NCBI GenBank assembly: GCA_002269645.1 | Contig: NIVC01001541.1 | Location: forward strand, 124,001 to 188,000 | Source of the DNA: Macrostomum lignano | Taxonomy: Eukaryota | Direction of reading: 5' to 3' | Length of the DNA stretch: 64,000 nucleotides | In this document: positions 29,459-43,192 of the stretch, piece after piece | Position numbering within the stretch: the stretch's first letter is position 1 | Layout of the letters: the number at the start of each line of letters is the position of its first letter | Notes under the pieces: generated by a model | Seen by the model: the letters and a program-made list of their open reading frames with translations, nothing else | What the model was told of the DNA's origin: nothing | The model's database searches: none | Made by a program: the position numbers and the translations under genes

Positions 29459-31945
29459 TTACTTCTTGGCAACCATTGCGGCAAAGGGACAGGTGGCGCC
29501 GCTGTTCCAGTCAGCGTTGACCTCGTCAACAGTTTTCTGTCCCCGCAGGACGCTTATGAACTCCTCGGCATTGTAGAAGATCTCAACGTCGCAGAGCTGA
29601 AGCTTGTCGTTGACAACGGCTGTCCCAAAGCCGAACATTTCTACTTTTTCGCCCTTGCCCTTGTTTTCTTCGTAAGTTCCCGTGAAGGTCCCCCAGTGGC
29701 GCCAGGTGAATGCCACCTTCGGGGGGCCGCTGTAGACCTGGAGGACCTCCCAGGGAAAGGCGGCAAAGGCTTCGCGGAACTTGTGGTGCGAGTCCTCCCA
29801 AGTGGAGTTTTCAGAATCCCAGAGGTCGGCTGGGCACGCGTTGAGAAGAACGTTATAGTTTCCTACCTGTTTGAAAGAATGAGATACACGCTATAGTTTC
29901 CTACCTGTTTGAAAGAATGAGATACACGCTATAGTTTCCTACCTGTTTGAAAGAATGAGATACACGCTATAGTTTCCTACCTGTTTGAAAGAATGAGATA
30001 CATAATCAAGCAAGCGGAGAGGAAGAGAATTCGAGAATCTTTGAGAATTTAAATGTTGAGCTGACACGCAATGGCACTTTGGCATGAGATGCTATGGCAT
30101 GAGATGCTATGGCATAAGATGCTATGGCATAAGATGCAATGGCATGAGATGCTATGGCATAAGATGCAATGGCATAAGATGCAATGGCATGAGATGCAAT
30201 GGCATGAGATGCTATGGCATGAGATGCTATGGCATGAGATGCTATGGCATGAGATGCTATGGCATAAGATGCTATGGCATGAGATGCTATGGCATGAGAT
30301 GCTATGGCATAAGATGCTATGGCATGAGATGCTATGGCATGAGATGCTATGGCATGAGATGCTATGGCATGAGATGCTATGGCATAAGATGCTATGGCAT
30401 GAGATGCTATGGCATAAGATGCAATGGCATGAGATGCTATGGCATGAGATGCTATGGCATAAGATGCAATGGCATAAGATGCAATGGCATGAGATGCAAT
30501 GGCATGAGATGCTATGGCATGAGATGCTATGGCATGAGATGCTATGGCATGAGATGCTATGGCATGAGATGCTATGGCATAAGATGCTATGGCATGAGAT
30601 GCTATGGCATGAGATGCTATGGCATGAGATGCTATGGCATAAGATGCTATGGCATGAGATGCTATGGCATGAGATGCTATGGCATGAGATGCTATGGCAT
30701 GAGATGCTATGGCATAAGATGCTATGGCATGAGATGCTATGGCATAAGATGCAATGGCATGAGATGCTATGGCATGAGATGCTATGGCATGAGATGCTAT
30801 GGCATGAGATGCTATGGCATAAGATGCTATGGCATGAGATGCTATGGCATGAGATGCTATGGCATGAGATGCTATGGCATAAGATGCTATGGCATGAGAT
30901 GCTATGGCATAAGATGCAATGGCATGAGATGCTATGGCATGAGATGCTATGGCATGAGATGCTATGGCATGAGATGCTATGGCATGAGATGCTATGGCAT
31001 AAGATGCAATGGCATGAGATGCTATGGCATAAGATGCTATGGCATGAGATGCTATGGCATAAGATGCAATGGCATGAGATGCTATGGCATGAGATGCTAT
31101 GGCATGAGATGCTATGGCATGAGATGCTATGGCATGAGATGCTATGGCATAAGATGCAATGGCATGAGATGCTATGGCATGAGATGCTATGGCATGAGAT
31201 GCTATGGCATGAGATGCTATGGCATGAGATGCTATGGCATGAGATGCTATGGCATGAGATGCTATGGCATGAGATGCTATGGCATGAGATGCTATGGCAT
31301 GAGATGCTATGGCATGAGATGCTATGGCATGAGATGCAATGGCATAAGATGCTATGGCATGAGATGCTATGGCATGAGATGCTATGGCATGAGATGCTAT
31401 GGCATGAGATACTATGGCATGAGATACTATGGCATGAGATGCTATGGCATGAGATACTATGGCATGAGATACTATGGCATGAGATGCTATGGCTGGCTTA
31501 CCTTGTTCGCCTCGGAGTTGTTGAAAACCTTGCCGCCATTGGCTGAGATGGCAAATCGCTCCTGGTCCACGGACTGGTGCTGCCTGCAGTCGGCCTTGTG
31601 GGAGCGCTCCATTTCCCATGTCTTAACGAGATTCTCGACGATCTGCTCGAGGGAACCGGGCTTGTGCACGTGGGTTCGCTCTTTCAAGTAAAGGTAGTTT
31701 GTGAGCGAGTAATCTGGTGGGCCCCCGAAGATCCAACTGGTGTCCTCCTCGCCCATGAAGCTGCGGACGGGTTCCTCCAGTCCGAACTCGGCCTTGATCT
31801 TCTCGAGATCCTTTTTGACTTCTTTGAGCTCGGCTCTGGTAAGCGCTTTGCCGCTGCCATTTACGGCTAGTGGACCCTGCATATGGGTCTGTGCCAAAGA
31901 CGGCGACGTCAACTTTCGCTCCTCCTTAGTTTGTTCGAGTGCCAT
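29459..31945 (-). CDS. Pathogen-related protein family (SnoaL/NTF2-like), 2 exons: 31945-31502 and 29866-29459, 283 aa
   Basis: GT-AG phase-0 intron. Motifs W.FGGPPDY, GSLEQIVENLVKTWEME.SHK, ISANGG, GNYN.LL, F..AF..FPWEVL.VYSGPP.VAF.WRHWG.F.G and VEMFG..A.V..VE.FY match the plant/fungal pathogen-related protein family. Confidence 0.85.
29852..30001. repeat. Four tandem 38-bp copies spanning the 3' splice site of the PR gene intron
   Basis: Unit gctatagtttcctacctgtttgaaagaatgagatacac; on the minus strand each unit reads ..tctcattctttcaaacAG|gtaggaaactata. Confidence 0.9.
30071..31493. repeat. 15-bp minisatellite (atggcatgagatgct), about 95 copies, intronic
   Basis: Fills most of the PR gene intron and starts 8 nt from the donor. 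Confidence 0.97.
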
Positions 31946-34489
31946 GCTTGTGTCTCTCGCTATTCTCAGACTCTCAGAAAGGAACTGTAAAAAAGCAAAA
32001 CAGGTCTACTCATAGCATATTATTTATAATCCTCCCAAAAATATGGTCAAAGTCAGGGGTTGGCAAACTTTTTGTGTCAAGGGCCAGATAGAGAACCCAG
32101 CGCATGACTGCCAAAGTGGGGAGGAGAGGTAATAGAGAAGAGAAATATGAGAAAAGAGAGGCTTATTGATCAAGAAGAGAGAGAAGAGATCAAATAGATA
32201 AGAGTAGTAGAGAGAAAAGAAAGGATAGAACAATACAGGAAATAAGAAAAGAGGTAAGACAAGAGAGCTGAGAAGAGACATAAACCTTGAGTAGGCCAGA
32301 TTGCTATTGTGAAGTTTTAAAGGATCCATGGTAGATGGTCTTTGTGAGTTGCATCTGGCCTGGAAGCTAGAGTTTACCACTCCTTGCTCTAGGCCTAGTC
32401 TAAGTAGATCCAAAGTTAATTTTGATTAAATGTTTATATCTTAAACAACAAAGGATGCTTCTTTGAAAAAAACATACATAAGGAATAAGGATGAGTGTTA
32501 ACAAAAATGAGCTCTATCAAAAATCTAGTATACAATAATATATAATAATATATGCATGCATATATAATAGTATTACAATAATAAAAAACTAAGACTTTTG
32601 TAAGTCATTTTTATAAAAGAATTAAAAAAGCTAAACAATTTATATCATAGTCATCAATGCTAGCATAAACTTACTATTAGACATTCCAACATAACAAAAA
32701 TTATTAGAAAATGAATTAAATAATATCAGAAATTAAATTCAAATTTTATCATTAATACTTGTCAAAGAAAGTTTTAAGAAAATAACATAAGCAAAATTAA
32801 AAAAGATTTTTTATATTTAGAAAACTTTTTCCATCTAATAATCACTAATCAGTAATAATATATTAGGCCTATATAACCTATTATACCAATTTTAGCTAAG
32901 TCAACATAGATCAAAATGTCATTTCATTTTACTTCATGTCATTTAATAGGTTTAATAGTAATGACCCCTGATTAATGGTCATTAATTGTAAGTCAACTAG
33001 CAATTTCAATTTATAAGAATAACAAATAAAGTAAATGTATATTTAAAACTATTTAAAATATGAAAAACCTATAAATGCAACATAGGCTATATAAATTATA
33101 TAAACTATCCAAATTTTCCGAAACTCTAGCCAGCCAGGTCGTGACGTCAACTTAATAATCAACCATGGATACCCAGCTTGCGGCCCCTGGAGTTAGGCCT
33201 ATGCACTGATGCATGGCAACCATCAGACTCTCAGAACATTAGTACAAACAGAAAAGAAATGAACTGTAGTCTTAATATCTTGCGTTGCACTGTTCCTACT
33301 GATACTGAAAGTCGCGCGCGCGCGCGGCGTCGCAGTCGCAGACTTTCAATTCTGCACGCATGTTCATAAACTTTAAACCATTATCACCCGTGTCAGCAGT
33401 TTATACGCGAATTCAGCACAATTGTGTCAGCAGTTTATACGCGAATTCAGCACTATTTTAGGTACGATAAACATGCATATCCAGCATGCTGGTTGCCTTT
33501 ACTGCATGCTGGATACTCGTACATATTGCCTGCACAATGACAAACAAACTAGTACCGTCTAAATGAAATATTGTAGCCTAATCACAACTGAATAGTATTG
33601 CTTTCTATTCGTTTATAAAAAAATGGGAGTTACATACATTTCACTGTACAGAGTTAGTTATTCCTAAAGCAACTTTCGATACATCATCAATTTTGAATAG
33701 GGCCTATGCTTAATTTTGAGTACAATATGTGCCAGCAGCAGGCTTGTTTGAGCTGACTGCGACTGCGATCCCTAAAATACAGATATGGATATTAGATATG
33801 ACTTAGGGGGCTAGCCTAGATAGATGGATTGTCAGAATATCATTAAAATAGATCATATCATCATCGTTAGGCCTACTACCTGGTTCTGCCACACTGACTA
33901 GACTAGACTAGACCTATTCGGCTATTCTATTGGTTTCATTTCAGATTGGGATCCAGAAAATTTGGAATGGGGTGATTGCAGATTACTAAGGTACTTTGAT
34001 TTTTTTATTTGATAGGCCTAATTTACAACCTATTTAACAATTGGCATAGAAAAATTAAAATCAAACTTGATGGGGTTGGGAAGCACATTGATCATTAAAT
34101 ATAGACCTACCAAATAAATCAAGTTTTAATGCATGGGGATAAGCTTTTAATATCAAAGCATTTTATTTTTTAAAACCAAACAAAATTAAATGGTTAATTT
34201 CTAGCATAAAAAATTTCATTAGGCCAGGCCTACATTTATAAAATAAGAATGTTTTGATTAAATTCTCATTTTTGTTATTTAAATTTTGTTTTTGCCCCTA
34301 AATTATTGTGGCCATAATCAAATTGGCTTAGTTAGGGGTAAAATAGTCTATAGGTGAAATTGTTTTAAATGCAAAATTTCCATAGCTAACATAGCTTAAG
34401 GGAATAATGACCTGTTATTTTTTTAGTAGGTTTTCTAATTTGCTTTGTTTTTTTACCCAAGAAACAAATTTTTTAGATGCAGAATTATA

Positions 34490-36002
34490 TACCCTCTATA
34501 CCCTCCCTATATTCTCTCTGTACCTTCCATATCCATACCCTTCATATACCCATCTTTATCTCTCTACATCCTCCATACCTCTTCCCTATACCCTAATCCT
34601 CTCTATATACCCTCTATACACTCCATACCTTCCTATACTCTCTATACTCTCCCTATATCTCTCTATACCCTCTATACTCTCTATAATCTCCCTATACCCA
34701 TTTATACCCTCCCTATATACCCTCCCTATGCCTCCATACCCTTCCTATACCCTTCATACCCTTCCTATACCTTCCATACCCTTCCTATACACTCTATACC
34801 CTTAATACCCTCCCTCAATATGTCTTCCATGCCCTTCCTATATCTCTCCATACCCTCCATATCCTTCCTATACCTATCCAATCTCTCTATACCCTCTATA
34901 CTCTTCCTATATCCATCCATACCTCTCTACACCCTCCATACCTCCTTATATCCCTTATGCCCTCCCTATACCCTCCATACCATTCCTATACCCCTTTATA
35001 CCCGTTCTATACCCTCCATACCCTCCCTGTACCCCTTATGCCCTCCGTATACTCTTCATGCCCTCCCTTTAACTTCCATATCGTCCTTGTACCCCTTATG
35101 CCCTCCATACACTTCCTATATCCATCCATACCTCTCTACACCCTTGCATACCTTCTCTATACCCTTCTTATACCCTCAATACTCTCCCTATACCCTCTAT
35201 ACCCTCCATATACCCTCCATATTTTTTCTATACCCATACATGGCCTCCTTGTACCCTCTATGCCTTCCATATACCCTCAATATTCTCCCTATACCCTCCA
35301 TACCCTTCTATACCCATTCATACCCTCCATATACCCTCCATACCATCCCTATACCCTCCATGCCCTCCCTATACTCTCCATACCCTCCTGCTTTTCCTAT
35401 ACTTCTCCTTCCCGCGTTATACTTTTCCCTATCCAGCCTCTACTATCCCCTCTTTCCACCTCCAGCGCCTCCCCCTCTCTAGCCCCTACCCTCTCTTCCT
35501 TTACTTTCCAGCCCCCATCCTCTACTCCCCTCCAGCGCCCACCCTCTCCTCCACTCCAGCGCCCTCTCTCTCCTCTACTTCAGCGCCCACCCTCTCCTCC
35601 ACTCCAGCGCCCTCTCTCTCCACTCCAGCGCCCTCCCTCTCCTCCACTCCAGCGCCCTCCCTTTCCTCCACTCCAGCGCCCTCTCTCTCCTCCACTCCAG
35701 CGCCCTCTCTCTCCTCCACTCCAGCGCCCTCCCTTTCCTCCACTCCAGCGCCCTCCCTTTCCTCCACTCCAGCGCCCTCCCTCTCCTCCACTCCAGCGCC
35801 CTCCCTCTCCTCCACTACAGCGCCCTCCCTCTCCTCCACTACAGCGCCCTCCCTCTCCTCCACTCCAGCGCCCTCCCTCTCCTCCACTCCAGCGCCCTCC
35901 CTCTCCTCCACTACAGCGCCCTCCCTCTCCTCCACTCCAGCGCCCTCCCTCTCCTCCACTCCAGCGCCCTCCCTCTCCTCCACTCCAGCGCCCACCCTCT
36001 AC
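34490..36002. repeat. Degenerate (ataccctcc)-type array followed by a 24-bp ccctctcctccactccagcgccct minisatellite (about 35520-36002)
   Basis: Pyrimidine-rich tandem units. These are the source of the Pro/Leu/Tyr-rich pseudo-ORFs. Confidence 0.9.
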
Positions 36003-37074
36003 TCTCCTTGGTTATGCCTTCCTCCCTGTTTTACTTACTGTGTCATGCATAACCCGTCTGCTACAGTGTTTTTAAATAGCCTTTTATACCCTCCTCTTTC
36101 CCTAGCCCCTCCTCCCCCGGCGGGTCCCCTTCTCGTAGCTCTGCTAATAAAATCGTAATTCTTCTTCTCTTCAGAATAATTTGCCCAGCTGCGAACTGTG
36201 ATGGTGCATACCGGGTACTCGCAATTTAAAAAGCGTATGCTTCTTACTGATTTAATTCCGACGCAACCAAGCAAATCGTTTACTTTCAAGTCCGTGCATT
36301 TTTCTTGTGTTTAACTTTTCACCGTTCGGCGTTAATGCCGTGTGGCGTTGGTGTAATACTATCGCGAAATTCAATTTCCAATGTAATTGTCTAACTATTG
36401 TCGCTTTTCTGTATTACAACTATATACTATACTTCTGCATTTATTGACGTAACATTGTGCCAATAATTTCACATTGTGTGGCCCCAATATGAATCTGTTG
36501 CTGAATGCAACTTATAGCGCAATGACCATTTTAATCGCTTAAAATACATTGTAATGTAATACTGTATCGCTTTTGGCAATCGAAACGAGACTTTAGCCAG
36601 ACTCCTCACTGATCCAAATGCTCCTCAAGCAAAGGTACGAGTATATGGAAAGCAGACTGAGCTCCGCAGACTTATAGTATATTTGATCTTCGGATCGCGG
36701 ATAGAACCAAGGAAATCTTGGTACGTAAATAAAATTGGAGTCACTTTTCCTACTTCCACTTTCCCTGCTCTTTCCCTGACCACAGTCTGTGCCCCAGGCT
36801 TAAGTTAGACCAACGCAAAATACTAACCTGAATAGGAAGCAAGCAACTCACTTCCCACTCTAGTCTTTTTCTGCCACTGTTGTCTTGCAATACTCGCAAA
36901 GATCTCGTATGGCGTCCTATTTGAATTGGCGCAAGTCTCGTTTACATAGTCGAAAGCAATACTGGTGCCAATTATTTGTGTCGATCAAGTTTCCTAGAGA
37001 ATGATTTGTTGATAACTGTATATTCGCTGTCTTAGAGCTGCACGCTGTGTTTAACCATTACTTTGTCGTAGGTG

Positions 37075-37320
37075 AGCTGATGAAGGGAGGCGTTGGGGCG
37101 GACCTTTTGGAGGGGCGGAGCTGATGGGGGCGGTAGGGGTGGAGCTGATGGGGGGCGGTAGGGGCGGAGATGATGGGGGGCGGTGGTAAGGGCGGACCTG
37201 TTGGAGGGGGGCGATAGGGGTGGAGCTGATGAAGGGGGGACGGTAGGGGCGGAGCTGTTGGAGGGGGGCGGTAGGGGCGGAGCTGATGGAGGGGGTCGAA
37301 GGGGCGGAGTTGATGGAGGA
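37075..37320. repeat. G-rich ggggcggagctgatg minisatellite
   Basis: Degenerate tandem units. Confidence 0.8.
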
Positions 37321-39107
37321 TGGTTTTTCTATTTATTCGACCGATTCTGAATATTGCAAGTGACTTGCGCAAGCTAATTGCAAGCTTTATAATTATAAAT
37401 ATACTCTACTATCGTTACTAATAGTAGAATAAAATGTAAATTTACATAGGAAATTTTTAACTCACTTATTCTGCCTGCCTTCTTTGTAAATAAATGTGTT
37501 GTTTAGATGCCCTTTATAGAAACAGATCGAATCATGACTATGGTGAAATCATGCCATTATCTTATTGAATTAACTTTTCAAAATAATTTTGCGATAATTG
37601 CTATTCAATAATCGTAAGCAATTGCAAAAATTACAATTCACTTGCAAGCAATTCAATTGTCAATTAATTATCGCAATTTCGGTCGTCTTGGACGCCTACA
37701 TGTAGTTGCCGATATGTATATATTGCCTTATTTAAGTGATGACGTTCAAGCATGATCCAATTTACATGTACGAATTCGCAAATTTCATGAATGAATTTCA
37801 AAAGGATTTCGCGTGATTTTTTTGCTTTGAGTGACGATGGAAAGACGCTTTGATCAATTGATTGTTTATCCAAGTCCAGGTGACTAAAATTAGTAAAATA
37901 TAAAAAAGGTCATTTGTGTCCCATCAATCACATATACCGAATGATTAAAGTAGTGATTTTCGAATATCAGATTAAAATCTCCTAGTCATTTCCGTGGCAT
38001 TTTTGCGCTTCCGCGTTCTGCATGAGTTCGAGTTCTTGCAGCAGCAAAATTTTGAATTGCCAGGCAACTCGTGTGGCCGCGCTCCAGCAGCCCCAATCAG
38101 CGCTCCCAAAAGCCAAACACTTTCACGCGCGATCGCGTTCGCGATCGGAGCCTTCGCCACTTACTTTTAAATTAGGAACATGCATACGCTGCCTATAGCA
38201 ACCGCCTAGCAACGACCCAGGATTGAACGACCGAAGACAGTCCGCTTGAATATGCATGCCCTTTACGGTGATCAAATGCTCAAGCAGCGCGTGCTGGTTG
38301 CAGACGGCCGCTCACTAACCAAAATCCATCACTACAAAGGGGCACTATAGGGAATACATCTGTTCCAGAAGTACCGATACTGTAATGCAACTGACACTGC
38401 TGTTGCTGTACGAGCTAATTCAATGTTGTAATGTTGCTATAAGGGATTTATATTAGAATTAGAAGCTAGTTAAATATCAATTTATAATTAGTATTCACTC
38501 TAAATGGATGGAGAACTAACACAGACACAGTGAAGTTTCAACTGAAGCTGGAAACAAATTATTAGGAGGACAAAAGGATTCACTCAATAAATAATAAAAG
38601 ACGCGCTTTTTAAACTCGATAGTTAAGTAATAAGGCGGAAGAAGCTTACAGTGAGGTGGCACTGTGACCGGATTCTGCCTTCACGTGTGGCAGTCAAAAT
38701 AACAGAGAGATCAGCTGAGCCGATTTCATAGCTGAGTGAGCATTCGGATGAGTCCGCTGAGCTGCATGGACTCCGGCCCGGCCACTGCCGCAAGGATTCA
38801 TATGAGTGTCGCCACTTGACTGCTGAAGTGGCGGGCGCAGGAGGGCTGCTTTTGTCTGTCTAAACATCCCAATGGGATGCCAGACTTAGATCCCCATGCT
38901 CAGTCTCCTCCCATTTCTTCATCGACAAGTTCTCAAAAGTCATTACAATTATTCTTGCTGACAGCCTAGAGTGAATTTTCAGCTGAGGGTCTGCGCGCCA
39001 GCTTCGACTTAAGTCAGTCTGTCATTTAGCTGTCAGTGTTTGAAATATCGTGTAATTCTCCGATCTTGAAGTGTCTCAGAAAAAATATTTTCCTGGCAGG
39101 TGGATTG

Positions 39108-39730
<623 letters not shown>

Positions 39731-40321
39731 CAGGGGCCCAGCCAGCCCACAAAGCCTCTCAGCCGGGTCGCTCTGCACTACTCAGTGCTGCAAAGGTCAG
39801 CCATAATTGCACCCGCATTAGTTGATAAACAAGCCATAAACCGGGGCTCCAAAGCCCCAAGCACAGCGGAGAAGTCAGAAGCGATGCATTTTTAATGCAA
39901 TTTTCATTGCCGCTTGAATTCAGGAGCGGCCCGAACTGCTGCTCATCCCGCTGCGGTTTTTTTAGGGTCGGGCGGCTGGCTGTTTTATTGACAAGCCATG
40001 AACTCAACTGGTGACGGCTTGAGCAAATCTGCTGAGGTCGTCCTCATCATTCACATCCGCGCCATTTCTAACCTTTTTTTGTTCCATTTCGATTGTGCTG
40101 CGTGTCGGCAGCCTGCATAATTCTTAATTACTCACCTCTGCCTGCTGCTCAATGTGCGCTGCTATGGGAAGCTTTAACTTGAGAATTGAATGTTGCCTTT
40201 ATTCTCGATTACACAACGCTTTTCTGCTTTTTTCTCTTTCCCGAGCCTCCGGCGGGAACTTTCTGGACATAATATTGCGGAAAAGACTGCGCCTGGCTGG
40301 TGTGTTAAATGGAAAATGCTC

Positions 40322-41472
40322 CTCTCTCTCCCATCCGCCCTCTCCCATCCGCCCTCTCCCATCCGCCCTCTCCCATCCGCCCCTCTCCCATCCGCCCTCT
40401 CCCATCCGCCCTCTCTCATCCGCCCCTCTCCCATCCGCCCTCTCCCATCCGCCCTCTCCCATCCGCCCCTCTCCCATCCGCCCTCTCCCATCCGCCCCTC
40501 TCTCATCCGCCCCTCTCCCATCCGCCCTCTCCCATCCGCCCCTCTCCCATCCGCCCTCTCCCATCCGCCCCTCTCTCATCCGCCCCTCTCCCATCCGCCC
40601 CTCTCCCATCCGCCCCTCTCCCATCCGCCCTCTCCCATCCGCCCCTCTCTCATCCGCCCCTCTCCCATCCGCCCCTCTCTCATCCGCCCCTCTCCCATCC
40701 GCCCCTCTCCCATCCGCCCCTCTCCCATCCGCCCCTCTCCCATCCGCCCTCTCCCATCCGCCCCTCTCCCATCCGCCCCTCTCTCATCCGCCCCTCTCCC
40801 ATCCGCCCCTCTCCCATCCGCCCCTCTCTCATCCGCCCCTCTCCCATCCGCCCCTCTCCCATCCGCCCTCTCCCATCCGCCCCTCTCTCATCCACCCTCT
40901 CCCATCCGCCCCTCTCTCATCCGCCCTCTCCCATCCGCCCCTCTCCCATCCGCCCCTCTCTCATCCGCCCCTCTGTCATCCGCCCTCTCCCATCCGCCCT
41001 CTCCCATCCGCCCCTCTCTCATCCGCCCCTCTCCCATCCGCCCCTCTCCCATCCGCCCCTCTCCCATCCGCCCCTCTCCCATCCGCCCTCTCCCATCCGC
41101 CCCTCTCTCATCCGCCCCTCTCCCATCCGCCCCTCTCCCATCCGCCCTCTCCCATCCACCCCTCTCTCATCCGCCCCTCTCCCATCCGCCCTTCTCTCAT
41201 CCGCCCCTCTCTCATCCGCCCCTCTCTCATCCGCCCCTCTCCCATCCACCCTCTCCCATCCGCCCTCTCCCATCCGCCCCTCTCCCATCCGCCCTCTCCC
41301 ATCCGCCCTCTCCCATCCGCCCTCTCCCATCCGCCCCTCTCCCATCCACCCCTCTCCCATCCGTCCTCTCCCATCCGCCCCTCTCTCATCCGCCCCTCTC
41401 CCATCCACCCTCTCATATCCGCCCCTCTCGAATTGACTTTCCCATCCGCCCCTCCCATCCGCCCCTCTCCCA
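40322..41472. repeat. 14/15-bp ctcccatccgccc(c)t minisatellite
   Basis: Visible tandem units. Confidence 0.96.
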
Positions 41473-42362
41473 TCGGGCCGGAACCCGCACCAACATTGTA
41501 TGGTTGCTAGAAGGATGCAACAAGCAGACGGTTCAACAATAAGCCAGAGACATCTCCACCGCAGAAATTCCAAGCAGCTCAACTGTCAGTGTTTACTGAT
41601 CAGTTCTCCCAGTCAGAACTTCCTGCTTCCTTTTCGTCGAGAATTAATCGTTGAGTCAGCCGGTAGAGCTCCTCAATAATCCTCTGCTGCTGCCTTGGTG
41701 ACAAGACCGAACCTGTTGCGTGCATTGAAACAAAACAGAGCCGAGTGGCTGGCAGGCGGGGAAAAATAATAAGGAATAAAATGCGTGTCCTGTACCGGCT
41801 CCAAATGCCCGAATTTCCATGATAAACAGATCCGCAATGTTTGGTCTGGAAGCCACGGCGATACGAGCGTAGAGATGTCCCTCCGACAGCTGCCCGCGTG
41901 GTTGCTGACTGAGCCGGAGCTTCCTGAGCGCCATTGGGAAAAACAAATAAAAATGTGACAGCCTCTGCAGATTAATTAGCGGATTATAATTCATCAATTC
42001 TGCTCAAATTTGGCGCGAAGAATCCGCGGGAGCGCTTGATCTGGTCACGTGACCATTGTGTTGTTCTCCATTGTCATTCCGGTCTGAATATTGTTGTCTT
42101 TGAATGAATTGCAAAAGGAAAGTTGGACCTGACAATGTCGCCCTGAGCTCGGCACAAGTCTGCCTGCAACTCTGTGAATCCGCTGCGATTGCACGGGAAT
42201 CCCTTTGTTTCGCTCTGCTTCCCTTTGTCGGCTGCCATTCCTCCCGGGAATCAATTATCCTGGCCTGCCGACGGGTCCGACTGGGATGCCGTCGTACATT
42301 GGCTTGCCAGAAAGACATGAACTCACAACAGAAATTGTGACGCTATGAATCAGAAGGTCAAG

Positions 42363-42710
42363 TTTCCCCTTGTTTCCTAGAAACCTGAATGTCACTGTTC
42401 CCTTGTTTCCTAGAAACCTGAATGTCACTGTTCCCTTGTTTCCTAGAAACCTGAATGTCACCGTTCCCTTGTTTCCTAGAAACCTGAATGTCACTGTTCC
42501 CTTGTTTCCTAGAAACCTGAATGTCACTGTTCCCTTGTTTCCTAGAAACCTGAATGTCACTGTTCCCCTTGTTTCCTACAAACCTGAATGTCACTGTTCC
42601 CTTGTTTCCTACAAACCTGAATGTCACTGTTCCCTTGTTTCCTAGAAACCTGAATGTCACTGTTCCCTTGTTTCCTAGAAACCTGAATGTCACTGTTCCC
42701 TTGTTTCCTA
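42363..42710. repeat. 33-bp minisatellite (ttcccttgtttcctagaaacctgaatgtcactg), about 10 copies
   Basis: Tandem units; 11-aa periodicity in the pseudo-ORFs. Confidence 0.95.
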
Positions 42711-42944
42711 AACTTTTTCCTAAAAACCCAGGATCTCATAGTTCTCTTTTATTTCCTAAGAAACAAGGATGTCCTATAGTTCCCTGTTTAATCTTTGCAA
42801 GGAGGTCATTTATCACATATAGTACCGTATTATTTTACAGAAAGTTATACACCTTTATTTTCTAGAAAACAGGCCATAGTCCCCTAGATTTTCTAGAAAC
42901 CAGATCAAACCAGGCCACATATCACGGAATTCAAGAGGTCACAG

Positions 42945-43192
42945 ACCCCCTAATATTTCACAGAAACTATGAAGGAGGTCATAGACCCCCCTAATATTTC
43001 ACAGAAACTATGAAGGAGGTCATAGATCCCCTAATATTTCACAGAAACTATGAAGGAGGTCATAGACCCCGTAATATTTCACAGAAACTATGAAGGAGGT
43101 CACAGACGCCCTAATATTTCACAGAAACTATGAAGGAGGTCATAGATCCCCTAATATTTCACAGAAACTATGAAGGAGGTCATAGACCCCTA
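42945..43192. repeat. About 39-40-bp minisatellite (taatatttcacagaaactatgaaggaggtcatagacccc), about 6 copies
   Basis: Tandem units. Confidence 0.93.

Larger units (their letters stand above)
23594..29590 (+). repeat. Segmental duplication, copy B (contains the Mag-type LTR insertion)
   Basis: Collinear with 8867-14701. Confidence 0.88.

Noticed and set aside
30006-31691. ORFs of about 500 aa (SHAIA, MLWHE, MRCYG repeats)
   Set aside because: They come from a 15-bp array inside a well-defined GT-AG intron and are open in several frames on both strands.
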